Made by a program: the position numbers and the translations under genes. DNA of 64,000 bases from a candidate division FCPU426 bacterium (lineage in GTDB: Bacteria; Oederibacteriota; JAAXVQ01; JAUVAV01), in contig JBFLYH010000001.1 in NCBI GenBank assembly GCA_040756875.1, forward strand, positions 1,341,367 through 1,405,366, written 5' to 3'. The notes below the pieces were generated by a model that did no database searches, had not been told where the DNA came from, and saw nothing but the letters and a program-made list of their open reading frames with translations. Below, in pieces: positions 48,469-56,172 of this stretch (its first letter is position 1; the number at the start of each line of letters is the position of its first letter).

Positions 48469-49752
48469 TCACTGAATTCCTTTCTTCAAAGCCACGGTCT
48501 CGATAAAAACGTCCACGATCTCCGGATCAAACTGCGTTCCGGACCCCTTCTTCAGTTCATCGATGGCCTGGGAACGGGTCATGGCCGAACGGTGTTTCTG
48601 CGCCGACGTCATGGCGTCGAAAGCGTCCGCCACGGCCAGAATGCGGGCTCCGAGCGGAATGTCCTTGCCCTTCAAACCGGCGGGATATCCCGCCCCGTCA
48701 TAGCGTTCATGGTGGTGCAAAACGAGCTTCACCGTTCCACGCAATGCCTGGATCTGGTTCAGGATTTCCGCGCCGACCATGGGATGTTCCTTGAGCTTCT
48801 TATACTCCTGTTCGGAAAGCTTGCCGGTGCTGTGCAGGATCGAATCCGGCACTGCGATGTGCCCCAGGTTCTGAACCTGCGCCGCCAGGCGGATGTTCTC
48901 CACTTCCTCAACAGCTAGTCCGATGACCTGGGCCACGCTGGCGGCGTACTCCGCGACCCGCTGATCGTGCCCGCCGGCGAATTTGTCGCGCGATTCCAGG
49001 GTTTTAGCCATGGCGCGCAACATGCCGATATAAAGCTCCTTGAGGTGCTCGGTCATCTCGTTGAACGCGTTGGCTACCAGGGTCAATTCATTCTGGCCCT
49101 TGAGATTGATTTTATAATTTAAGTTCCCCTCGCCAATGGCCTTGATGCCGTGCAACAGGTCGTTCAGGGGCCGCATGGTCATGTTGATCAACAGCACCGA
49201 GACGAACACGCCGATCAGCAGCAATCCGGCTGCGATGGACATGGACTCGCGGAACGTCTGATTGACGAAACGGTCAATGGCCCGCTGCGACATTCCCACG
49301 TGCACCGCGCCGATGCGGACGCCGTTGCGCAAATTGATGGGAATGGCTATATCTATGATCGGCTCTTTTTTATCGTCCTGGTAGGGCTGGATCAGTATTT
49401 CTTCATTGGTCAAAGGCCGTAGGCCCGGCGGTTCCACGTAGGACTTGCCCACGTCCTCGATGCGACTGTGGGCGAGGATCTGCATCCGGTCGTTGAGGGT
49501 GAGCGCGTACAATACGCCGTCGTTCTTCATGGTGCTGGTGACGAACGTGGCCAGGGCCAGCTGGTCATTGCCGATGAGCGAATCCGTGCTGACTGTGGCC
49601 AGATTTCTGGCTATCGTGGCGCCGCGGCGGGTCATCTCCCGCAGCAGAACATCACGCTCTTGGCGGATAAAAAAAAAGGTGGAGCCCAGGACCGTCACGG
49701 TCACCAGGGCGATCGTGATGAGAATAAACTGCAGTTTGATGCTGATCCGCAT
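48469..49752 (-). CDS. HD-GYP c-di-GMP phosphodiesterase with periplasmic sensor domain and HAMP
   Basis: Same TM1-sensor-TM2-HAMP layout as the cyclase. HD-GYP core GGHDQRVAEY...HHERYDGAGYP...ADAFDAMTS. Its stop is 1 nt from the cyclase start. Confidence 0.8.
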   Translation of the reverse strand: MRISIKLQFILITIALVTVTVLGSTFFFIRQERDVLLREMTRRGATIARNLATVSTDSLIGNDQLALATFVTSTMKNDGVLYALTLNDRMQILAHSRIEDVGKSYVEPPGLRPLTNEEILIQPYQDDKKEPIIDIAIPINLRNGVRIGAVHVGMSQRAIDRFVNQTFRESMSIAAGLLLIGVFVSVLLINMTMRPLNDLLHGIKAIGEGNLNYKINLKGQNELTLVANAFNEMTEHLKELYIGMLRAMAKTLESRDKFAGGHDQRVAEYAASVAQVIGLAVEEVENIRLAAQVQNLGHIAVPDSILHSTGKLSEQEYKKLKEHPMVGAEILNQIQALRGTVKLVLHHHERYDGAGYPAGLKGKDIPLGARILAVADAFDAMTSAQKHRSAMTRSQAIDELKKGSGTQFDPEIVDVFIETVALKKGIQ

Positions 49753-49880
49753 CCAAACCTCCGCCGGGTCACAGGCGGATGACTCAGATCCACATGCCCC
49801 GCGCAGTGAAAACGCCTGTAAACTAAAACCATTTCGTGGCGAAAAATGTCGTGGCGGTCAGTTTAGCAACTTAAATAAGT

Positions 49881-49950
49881 CATTGTCAAGAAAAAACCAG
49901 TCCGTTTCCACTTGACAAAAAATGAAAAAATCCTTTAAAATCTTGACAAA
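49881..49950 (+). promoter_or_regulatory. candidate sigma70-type promoter with inverted-repeat operator, upstream of the TolB-like gene
   Basis: TTGACA (about 49912) - 18 nt - TAAAAT (about 49936). Inverted repeat TTGTCAAG (49883-90) / CTTGACAA (49911-18), repeated again as CTTGACAA at 49942-49. AT-rich divergent intergenic region. Confidence 0.3.
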
Positions 49951-50029
49951 ATCACCAAGGAGGCAGAACGGACGCGAAGGTGTTGGAAACCAAATCCACT
50001 AAAATTTCCGGAGCTATTTGGCTAAATAT

Positions 50030-51661
50030 ATGACAATATTTCTTTCCATGCGACGCTCATCCAGCCTTCTTCCCCTTCTGATCCTATCGATTATTTTCAG
50101 CGGCGGGTGCAAAAAATCCCCCTCTCAGCCTGCCGTTTCACCGGCGCCAACCGCCCTGCCCTACTCGGATCAAATTCTGTATACCTCCGGCGGCCAGTTG
50201 TACCTGACTTCCCTGGACGGAGAGCAAACAAAAAAACTAAGCGCTGCCGGCCGCAATATCTGGTTTCCTTCCGTATCGCCGGATTATACGCGGTTGGCCT
50301 TTTGGGCCGCTTCAAACGGGTTCCACGAACTGTGGGCCTATGACATCGCCGGGGATTCGCTCCGGCAACTCACCTTTTTCAACCAAAAGCTCGCCCAGGC
50401 GCATCTGCAGAATTTCAATTTGCACAACGCGCCCGCCTGGGAGCCTGACGGCAGGCGCATCGTCTTTTCGCAGGCGGACAAACTCTGGAGCGTCGACGCG
50501 GAGGGATTCAACCTGGAAACCGTCCTGTCCGACGGCGTTTTTTACGCCCCGTCCCTGTCGCCGGATGGAAAACTGTTGGCTTACGTTTCAGAACGCGACC
50601 AGGCGCGCAATCTTTTTATTCGCCGGCTGGGCACGAACGAAGAATGGCCGGTGACCGCTTTTCCCTACACCCACTCGGCAGGAAGCCCGAGTTGGTCTCC
50701 GGACGGATCGTTGCTCGCATTTGCCCTGGTGGCAGGCGAACAGGTTGATATCTGGGTGGTGCGCCCGGACGGAGAACAGTTGCGGCGCCTGACCCAGGAT
50801 GGATACAGCAATTCACCCGTCTGGTCGCCGGATGGCCAGCGTCTGGCTTTCGCCTCCGGAAGGCAGGATCCGTATCACTGGGAAATTTGGGTCATGAACC
50901 GCGACGGCGGCGGCCAGTTTGCCGTAACCCGCAATGGAGGCTCGTCGCCGGTTTGGATCCGAATGTCCAAGCAAGCGGCTTCCCCGGCGCCCATAGTGGT
51001 TGCCACACGGGTTCAATCCGCCACCCCGGCGATTTCGCCGAAACCTACGGCTGCTCCGACTTATAAACCCACGGCCCAGCCTACAGCCAAGCCTACAGCT
51101 AAGCCTACTGCCAAACCCACTGCCAAACCTACGCCTCAACCGACTCCCCGGCCCACCGCCAAACCCACGCCCCGGCCCGCTGTGAAATCCGTCACCACGC
51201 CGGCACCTGCAGCCACCGCAACCGGCGGCGAGGAGGAGGCGGAGTACGAGGAGTATGAAGAATATGCCGACGAGGATCAGGCGGTATTGCCCGAAGCGGA
51301 TCTGGGCGCGGCCGTGGAAGGCAACCGCATTGTTTTCACGCCGAAAATCGAGTTCTACTTCGCCAAAGACATGATCAAACCGGGTTCGCTGCCCACCTTA
51401 AAACAACTGGCCGAAGAATTGGACGCTTATCCGGATGCTTCGCTGGTTGTCAAAGGATACATGCGCGGACCGGGGTTCCTTAAAAAAATCCTGCCCATTC
51501 TAAAGACGCTCTCCCGGGCCAGGGCCAACAGTGTCTTGCGCCACTTGATCGTGAATGAAAAAATCCGCCAGATCAACGTAACCGCACTGGGCGAGACCGA
51601 TCCCGTGCCTGACGTTGCGCGCAACCAGGAAAAACCCGTTCTCATCGTCGAAGTAAAGTAA
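50030..51661 (+). CDS. TolB-like beta-propeller lipoprotein fused via a (PTAK)n linker to an OmpA/Pal-like C-terminal domain
   Basis: ATG 50030 (track start 50018 is TTG). Lipobox LSIIFSGGC. Five-plus TolB/WD40-like blades with P(S/A)(W/V)SPDG motifs. Low-complexity PTAKPTAKPTAKPTAKPTPQPTPRPTAKPTPRP. C-terminal ~150 aa with OmpA-like pattern (FTPKIEFYFAKD...LKQLAEELDAYPDASLVVKGY...RANSVLRHL). Confidence 0.7.
   Translation: MTIFLSMRRSSSLLPLLILSIIFSGGCKKSPSQPAVSPAPTALPYSDQILYTSGGQLYLTSLDGEQTKKLSAAGRNIWFPSVSPDYTRLAFWAASNGFHELWAYDIAGDSLRQLTFFNQKLAQAHLQNFNLHNAPAWEPDGRRIVFSQADKLWSVDAEGFNLETVLSDGVFYAPSLSPDGKLLAYVSERDQARNLFIRRLGTNEEWPVTAFPYTHSAGSPSWSPDGSLLAFALVAGEQVDIWVVRPDGEQLRRLTQDGYSNSPVWSPDGQRLAFASGRQDPYHWEIWVMNRDGGGQFAVTRNGGSSPVWIRMSKQAASPAPIVVATRVQSATPAISPKPTAAPTYKPTAQPTAKPTAKPTAKPTAKPTPQPTPRPTAKPTPRPAVKSVTTPAPAATATGGEEEAEYEEYEEYADEDQAVLPEADLGAAVEGNRIVFTPKIEFYFAKDMIKPGSLPTLKQLAEELDAYPDASLVVKGYMRGPGFLKKILPILKTLSRARANSVLRHLIVNEKIRQINVTALGETDPVPDVARNQEKPVLIVEVK
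51040..51180 (+). repeat. in-frame 12-nt tandem repeats encoding (PTAK)n / PT(P/A)xP linker
   Basis: cctacagccaag / cctacagctaag / cctactgccaaa / cccactgccaaa ... read directly. Coding, inside the TolB-like gene. Confidence 0.6.
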
Positions 51662-51803
51662 TCAGGATCGAAATAAAGCCGGCGGGAAACCCCTGAAAAA
51701 CAGTTCATCCCCAAATCCAGTCCGGGCGTTTCTTTCCCCCGGATCACTTCTTCTGCCATCTTCGTCTGATTTCGAATCCCGTTCGGGCGTTCGGGGGGCG
51801 TGG

Positions 51804-53768
51804 TTACCAGTTGGTGGGCATGGCCTTGCGCGCCTTGTCCTTGTCCGCGCATTCGGCTTTCAAGGCCTGCAAGGTGGGGAAAAGCTTTTCCGCGGATGCA
51901 ACCGTGGTGGCATAGTCTTCGCTGCGCAGCAGCAACTTGATCTTGCCGAGCTCCTGCTTCAGTTCCGCCACTTGCTTGGGAAAATAGCGTTCTCCGTTCA
52001 GCGTATCAATGTCCAGCATCAACTTGACGGCCCGGCCATAAGCGCCGCGGGCGCGCTTGCGCAACCGTTGAACACGCGCGTCCAACGGAGCGGTCAGGGT
52101 AGCCTTTTCGGGGGCAGGCGTCACGGCCGGGACCGGCGCAGAATCCCGGGATTTTTCCGGCGCGGGCGCCGGCGGCGCTTTGACTTCTTCGGCTTCGGCT
52201 TTTTCCCTCCGGACGGCGCGGACCGCCAAACGCTCGGCTTCACGGCTAACCGCCTGGGAAATCGCCTGCACACGTTCGCTTTCCCCCACTGAAAGGTTTT
52301 CCTCGGCTAAGGCCAGTTGTTTCTGCAACGCCGAAAGTTCTTCGTCGAAATATTCCCGCACTCGCCGGTTTTTCCTGGCTGCCGAGAAGGCCGCCCGGGC
52401 GCGCTGCAAACTCGAACCGGCCTCGCGCAAGGCTGCACGCCGGGCCACCAGCGCAGCCTCCCGTTCCTTGCGTTCCTGCTGTTGCTTTTGTTGTTCGGAC
52501 AACACCTCGAGTTTCTTCTGCACGGACTGGAGCAACAGGGAGGCCTGGCTGTGGCGGGGGTCCAAGGTCTGCGCCTTGCGGTATTCCGAAGCGGCACTAA
52601 GCAGGTTACCCTCCTTTTCGAATTCCAACCCCTGGTCGATATGAATGCGGATTTCAGCCTGGCGTTTGAGGGTCTCATTCAGCGCCGTGATTTTTTGGCG
52701 CAGGGTTTGGTCATCCGGAACCATTTCCGCGGCTTCTTCCCACGCCTGCAACGCCGCCTGGGCGTCGCCTTCGCGGCGGTAGTCCTCGCCCTCCTCGATC
52801 AAGCGGTCGGCCAGCGCGCGGGCGTCATCCTCGGCGCTTTGGGAAGCTCCAAACGTGAATTGCAGGTTCAACAGATGCGTGACTCCGGCCTCGCTGAATC
52901 CCCCCAGAGGAATGACGAGGGCGTATTCCACGCCCACGGACCACGCGGTTTGGGGCAGACGCAGGGTAAACCCTGCCGTGGCTTCGGAAAGCTCGCGGTC
53001 GCCCAGAGCCAGTCCCAAGCGGCTCGCGAAAATGCCGCGAACCCACCAGGCCTCCCCGCCCAGGGCCAGGCGATAGTGTCCGGACTGCGTCAGGGCTTCG
53101 AAGCCGGCCAGATAATTTTCCTGCCTCCAGCCCGCACCGGCCCGCAACTGGAACGGGACGCGCGACTCGGCGCCGGACAACGAAAGGTTGGGCTGGTTCA
53201 CGTTCGCCAACGACAAACCAGCGGTGATTTCGTCCGTCAGATACATCAGCCCGCCCACGTCCACACCCACGGCCAGGGCCGACGTCCCGCCGTCGAAGTA
53301 GGGGTTCGCGGCAGTTGCAGCGGAATCCAGATAGCGCTGCTGCAGCAGTTTTAAAGCGATGCCGGCCATATAGCTTCCGGTTTCATCGAGCGCCAGGCCA
53401 TATCCCAGGGCCCAAAGGTTTTCCTGATACATATCTTGTAAAGAGCGTTGAAACCACGAGGCGCCGATCGAACCGTAATCTTCCAGGGGTTGGATATACG
53501 ATATCCTGCCCTCCGACAACACTCCGTCATTGAGTCCGGCCAGCAGACGCCCATAGCTGAGACCTGCCATCGGCGTCGGAATCTGCGCCATTCCCGCGGG
53601 GTTGGAAAAAAGCGCATCCGTGTCGTCAGCCAGGGCGCAGAACGCGCCAGCCATGCCCGCCGAACGGGCGCCGGGTTTTTCCAGCTCAAACCCCGCCTGC
53701 ACGAGGCGCGGCCCGCAAAAAGCGGCCGTTCCGAACAGCAACAATGCCCAACCCCAGGAGGTTTTCAT
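51804..53768 (-). CDS. FadL/PorV-family beta-barrel fused to a C-terminal TPR + long coiled-coil + Pro-rich region (654 aa)
   Basis: Signal peptide. ARSAGMAGAFCALADDTDALFSNPAGMA, the same Gly-rich plus NPA hatch signature as 17561..18484. About 330 aa of amphipathic beta-strands. Then TPR-like helices, an E/K/R/Q-rich coiled coil, APPAPAPEKSRDSAPVPAVTPAPEKA, and a ~100-aa tail. ATGA overlap with 53765..54676. Confidence 0.6.
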   Translation of the reverse strand: MKTSWGWALLLFGTAAFCGPRLVQAGFELEKPGARSAGMAGAFCALADDTDALFSNPAGMAQIPTPMAGLSYGRLLAGLNDGVLSEGRISYIQPLEDYGSIGASWFQRSLQDMYQENLWALGYGLALDETGSYMAGIALKLLQQRYLDSAATAANPYFDGGTSALAVGVDVGGLMYLTDEITAGLSLANVNQPNLSLSGAESRVPFQLRAGAGWRQENYLAGFEALTQSGHYRLALGGEAWWVRGIFASRLGLALGDRELSEATAGFTLRLPQTAWSVGVEYALVIPLGGFSEAGVTHLLNLQFTFGASQSAEDDARALADRLIEEGEDYRREGDAQAALQAWEEAAEMVPDDQTLRQKITALNETLKRQAEIRIHIDQGLEFEKEGNLLSAASEYRKAQTLDPRHSQASLLLQSVQKKLEVLSEQQKQQQERKEREAALVARRAALREAGSSLQRARAAFSAARKNRRVREYFDEELSALQKQLALAEENLSVGESERVQAISQAVSREAERLAVRAVRREKAEAEEVKAPPAPAPEKSRDSAPVPAVTPAPEKATLTAPLDARVQRLRKRARGAYGRAVKLMLDIDTLNGERYFPKQVAELKQELGKIKLLLRSEDYATTVASAEKLFPTLQALKAECADKDKARKAMPTNW

Positions 53769-54676
53769 CGCGCCAGCACCACTGCGGCCCGGTAGGTTCG
53801 ATTCCCGGCCTGAATGACCAAGACATATATTCCGGCCGGCAAAGCTTTGCCCGCATCATCCCGGCCGTCCCAGCGCACGGTATAGTCCGGGATTTGGCCG
53901 CGCACCGTGCCTTCCGCGACACGCCTGCCGTTGAGCGAATAGACTTTGGCGTGTATCTCTCCCGCCGAAAGCTCGGATTGGAATACCGCCGCCAGTTCCC
54001 GGTTCAGGCTTCCATCCGGAGTGAATGTGCGCGTTAGCCATCTGACATTTCCCAACAAACCGGAAAAAGCAACCGTCGGCGGCGAGACATACGGAACCCG
54101 GGTGGGACTGATGCTGGGCGTCGGCGAAATGGTGGGGGTGCGTGTAATCGTGAAAGTCGGCGTAACGGTGGCGGAAGGTGAAAAAGTCGGCGTGCGGCTG
54201 GGTGTGGGGCTGATGGTGCCGGTCGGGCTTTCCGTGGCCGTCTCGCTGATCGTGGGTGTAGCGGTCCGGGTGGCGCTCTCGGTGGGAGTAGTCGTGATGG
54301 AAAGCGTAGGGGAAATCGTCGGGGTTGGAGACTCGGTCGCAGTGTCCGTGGACGTCGGCGATTCGGTCAAAGTCGGGCTCAAGGTGGGAGTGGCTGAAAG
54401 AGTGGCTGTCCCGGTGATCGTAAACGTGCCTGTCGGCGTGGGAGAATCGGTCAGCGTCGGCGTGACAGTCGCGGTGGGTGTATCCGTCGGCGTGGAAGTC
54501 AGCGTGACAGTCTCGGTCGGGGTCGGCGAGTCCGTGGGTGTGTCAGTAAAAGTCGGCGTGTCCACGGCCGCCGCATACAAATTCGAAGCCGAAAAAACCG
54601 CCAAAGCACACGCGACCATCACACTCAGCACACACCCTAATCGCAACATAGCCCCTCGCGTGAAGTGTTTTCGCAA
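53765..54676 (-). CDS. secreted Thr/Pro/Ser-rich repeat protein with FlgD-Ig-like C-terminal sorting-type domain
   Basis: Signal peptide. About 180 aa of (TPT/SPT/TES)n low complexity. C-terminal VYSLNGRRVAEGTV...WDGRDDAGKALPAGIYVLVIQAGNRTYRAAVVLAR. Confidence 0.65.
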   Translation of the reverse strand: MRKHFTRGAMLRLGCVLSVMVACALAVFSASNLYAAAVDTPTFTDTPTDSPTPTETVTLTSTPTDTPTATVTPTLTDSPTPTGTFTITGTATLSATPTLSPTLTESPTSTDTATESPTPTISPTLSITTTPTESATRTATPTISETATESPTGTISPTPSRTPTFSPSATVTPTFTITRTPTISPTPSISPTRVPYVSPPTVAFSGLLGNVRWLTRTFTPDGSLNRELAAVFQSELSAGEIHAKVYSLNGRRVAEGTVRGQIPDYTVRWDGRDDAGKALPAGIYVLVIQAGNRTYRAAVVLAR

Positions 54677-54746
54677 GTATTGATCTTACGAATTAACCTC
54701 TTGGATTTCAATGTTTTTTTAGACCGGACGCCAAGGGGAACCTTGC

Positions 54747-55988
54747 TTACTTCACCAGCGCAACCTTTTTCTTTTCGCTTCGGACAATGCCACCCTGCTG
54801 GTTGGAAATCCTGATCGTCAGCAGATAAATCCCGGGCGCGGCTTCCGGCGCATTCCAGACGCAGGTCAGCATCTGTCCACTGCCGCCATCCCGGGACTCC
54901 AGGATGTGCGCCACCCTTTCCCCGCACATATTGTAAATATCCACTGCCACTTGAACCTGCCCCTCGGCCGGATAGGCGATCACCACCCGGTTACGGGCCG
55001 GATTGGGATAGACGGTCGTTTCACTCAAACGCAGAAGCGGGGAGGGCGTGGCGGTCATCGTCGCCGTCACGGTGGGAGTCCCCGTATCCGCAGGGGTCGG
55101 CGTCACGGTGAATGAAGGCGTGACCGTGGGCGTCGGTGATAGGGTCGGAGTGTCGGTCCAGGTGCCGGTGGCAGTGAGCGTCGGCGTCATCGTCAGCGTC
55201 GGCGAAGCTGTCGCGGTAAATGTCACGGTCAGGGTCGGGGTCGCGGTCGGCGTGGCAGTGGAAGTTTCAGTAGCCGTAGAAGTCGGCGTAACGGTCTGGG
55301 TTGGAGTCGAAGTCAGGGTGACGGTCGGGGTGAGGGTCGGCGTGGGCGTGGGAGGCGGCATGCGCACCGTGACGTAATCCACGACAAAGTAGGTGCTGCC
55401 AAAACCCTCGGCCGTCAGTTGCACGCGGAAAGTGTGCCCCGGGCCGATCCACCCCATGATCGAGGCATAATTAAGGATGAATGTCCCGGTTGTGCTTGTG
55501 CTGGAGACAAGGTCCCGATACTGCCAGGCCCCGTTGATTTCCTGGATGCCAACCTTCCATGTCATGGATGGCGAGAGCGAGGTCACGCGGATCTCAATGT
55601 GCGTGAAAACACTGGTGTTTGGAGAAAGGAGCGGAGAAAGCACCTTGCCCCAGGTGCTGTCCGCTGTCCGCGTCACGGCCGCTTGCGAAACCAGGCAGGA
55701 GTAGGAAATATGCGCATTGAACAGCGGATCGTCGCTTTCATCCTGCCAGCCTGCAGGCTGTGCACCCGGCGGTCCTGCATCAAAGTCGTCCCGCCAGTAT
55801 TCATAAGTCGGCGTATTGGTCGGAGTGGGCGTGCTGGTGGAGGTGCAGGTGTGAGTTGATGTCGCCGTCAGGGTAGGTGTGTCTGTCGGGGAGGCGGCCC
55901 AAAGCCCCTCTCCTTGGGCCAACAAAACCAGCCACAGGCCGGCCGGTATCATAAGGGTGTGCTGCATTACCCTTTTCATGGGCATCAA
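54747..55988 (-). CDS. secreted protein: signal peptide, TPT linker, one copy of an uncharacterised ~145-aa domain, TPT linker, T9SS-type CTD
   Basis: CTD: VYPNPARNRVVIAY...GERVAHIL...PGIYLLTIRISNQQGGIVRSEKKKVALVK. Domain core: YWRDDFDAGPPGAQPAGWQDESDDPLFNAHISYS...AAVTRTADSTWGKVLSPLL...WKVGIQEINGAW...GWIGPGHTFRVQLTAEG. Confidence 0.7.
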   Translation of the reverse strand: MMPMKRVMQHTLMIPAGLWLVLLAQGEGLWAASPTDTPTLTATSTHTCTSTSTPTPTNTPTYEYWRDDFDAGPPGAQPAGWQDESDDPLFNAHISYSCLVSQAAVTRTADSTWGKVLSPLLSPNTSVFTHIEIRVTSLSPSMTWKVGIQEINGAWQYRDLVSSTSTTGTFILNYASIMGWIGPGHTFRVQLTAEGFGSTYFVVDYVTVRMPPPTPTPTLTPTVTLTSTPTQTVTPTSTATETSTATPTATPTLTVTFTATASPTLTMTPTLTATGTWTDTPTLSPTPTVTPSFTVTPTPADTGTPTVTATMTATPSPLLRLSETTVYPNPARNRVVIAYPAEGQVQVAVDIYNMCGERVAHILESRDGGSGQMLTCVWNAPEAAPGIYLLTIRISNQQGGIVRSEKKKVALVK

Positions 55989-56172
55989 CAGCCAGTTGCA
56001 ACGAATACCGTTAACTTTTCAGACTATGCTTGACTCCTTTCTTTTCAAAGAAAAACCACGTCTGATTCCCGGCCTTCTCATCATTCTAATTATATCACTG
56101 TTTCGAACGGATCGTTCCCGGAAAAAGGCTTGTTTTACAAGGCGTTCTTCAGGCATGGCATCTACCAGGCTT

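Noticed and set aside
53946-54683. Val/Gly-rich ORFs (also 55048..55377, 29367..29555, 59399..59692) opposite the Thr/Pro linker regions
   Set aside because: Reverse complement of ACN/CCN-rich (Thr/Pro) repeats necessarily yields GTN/GGN (Val/Gly) open frames. These are artefacts of the linkers, not genes.
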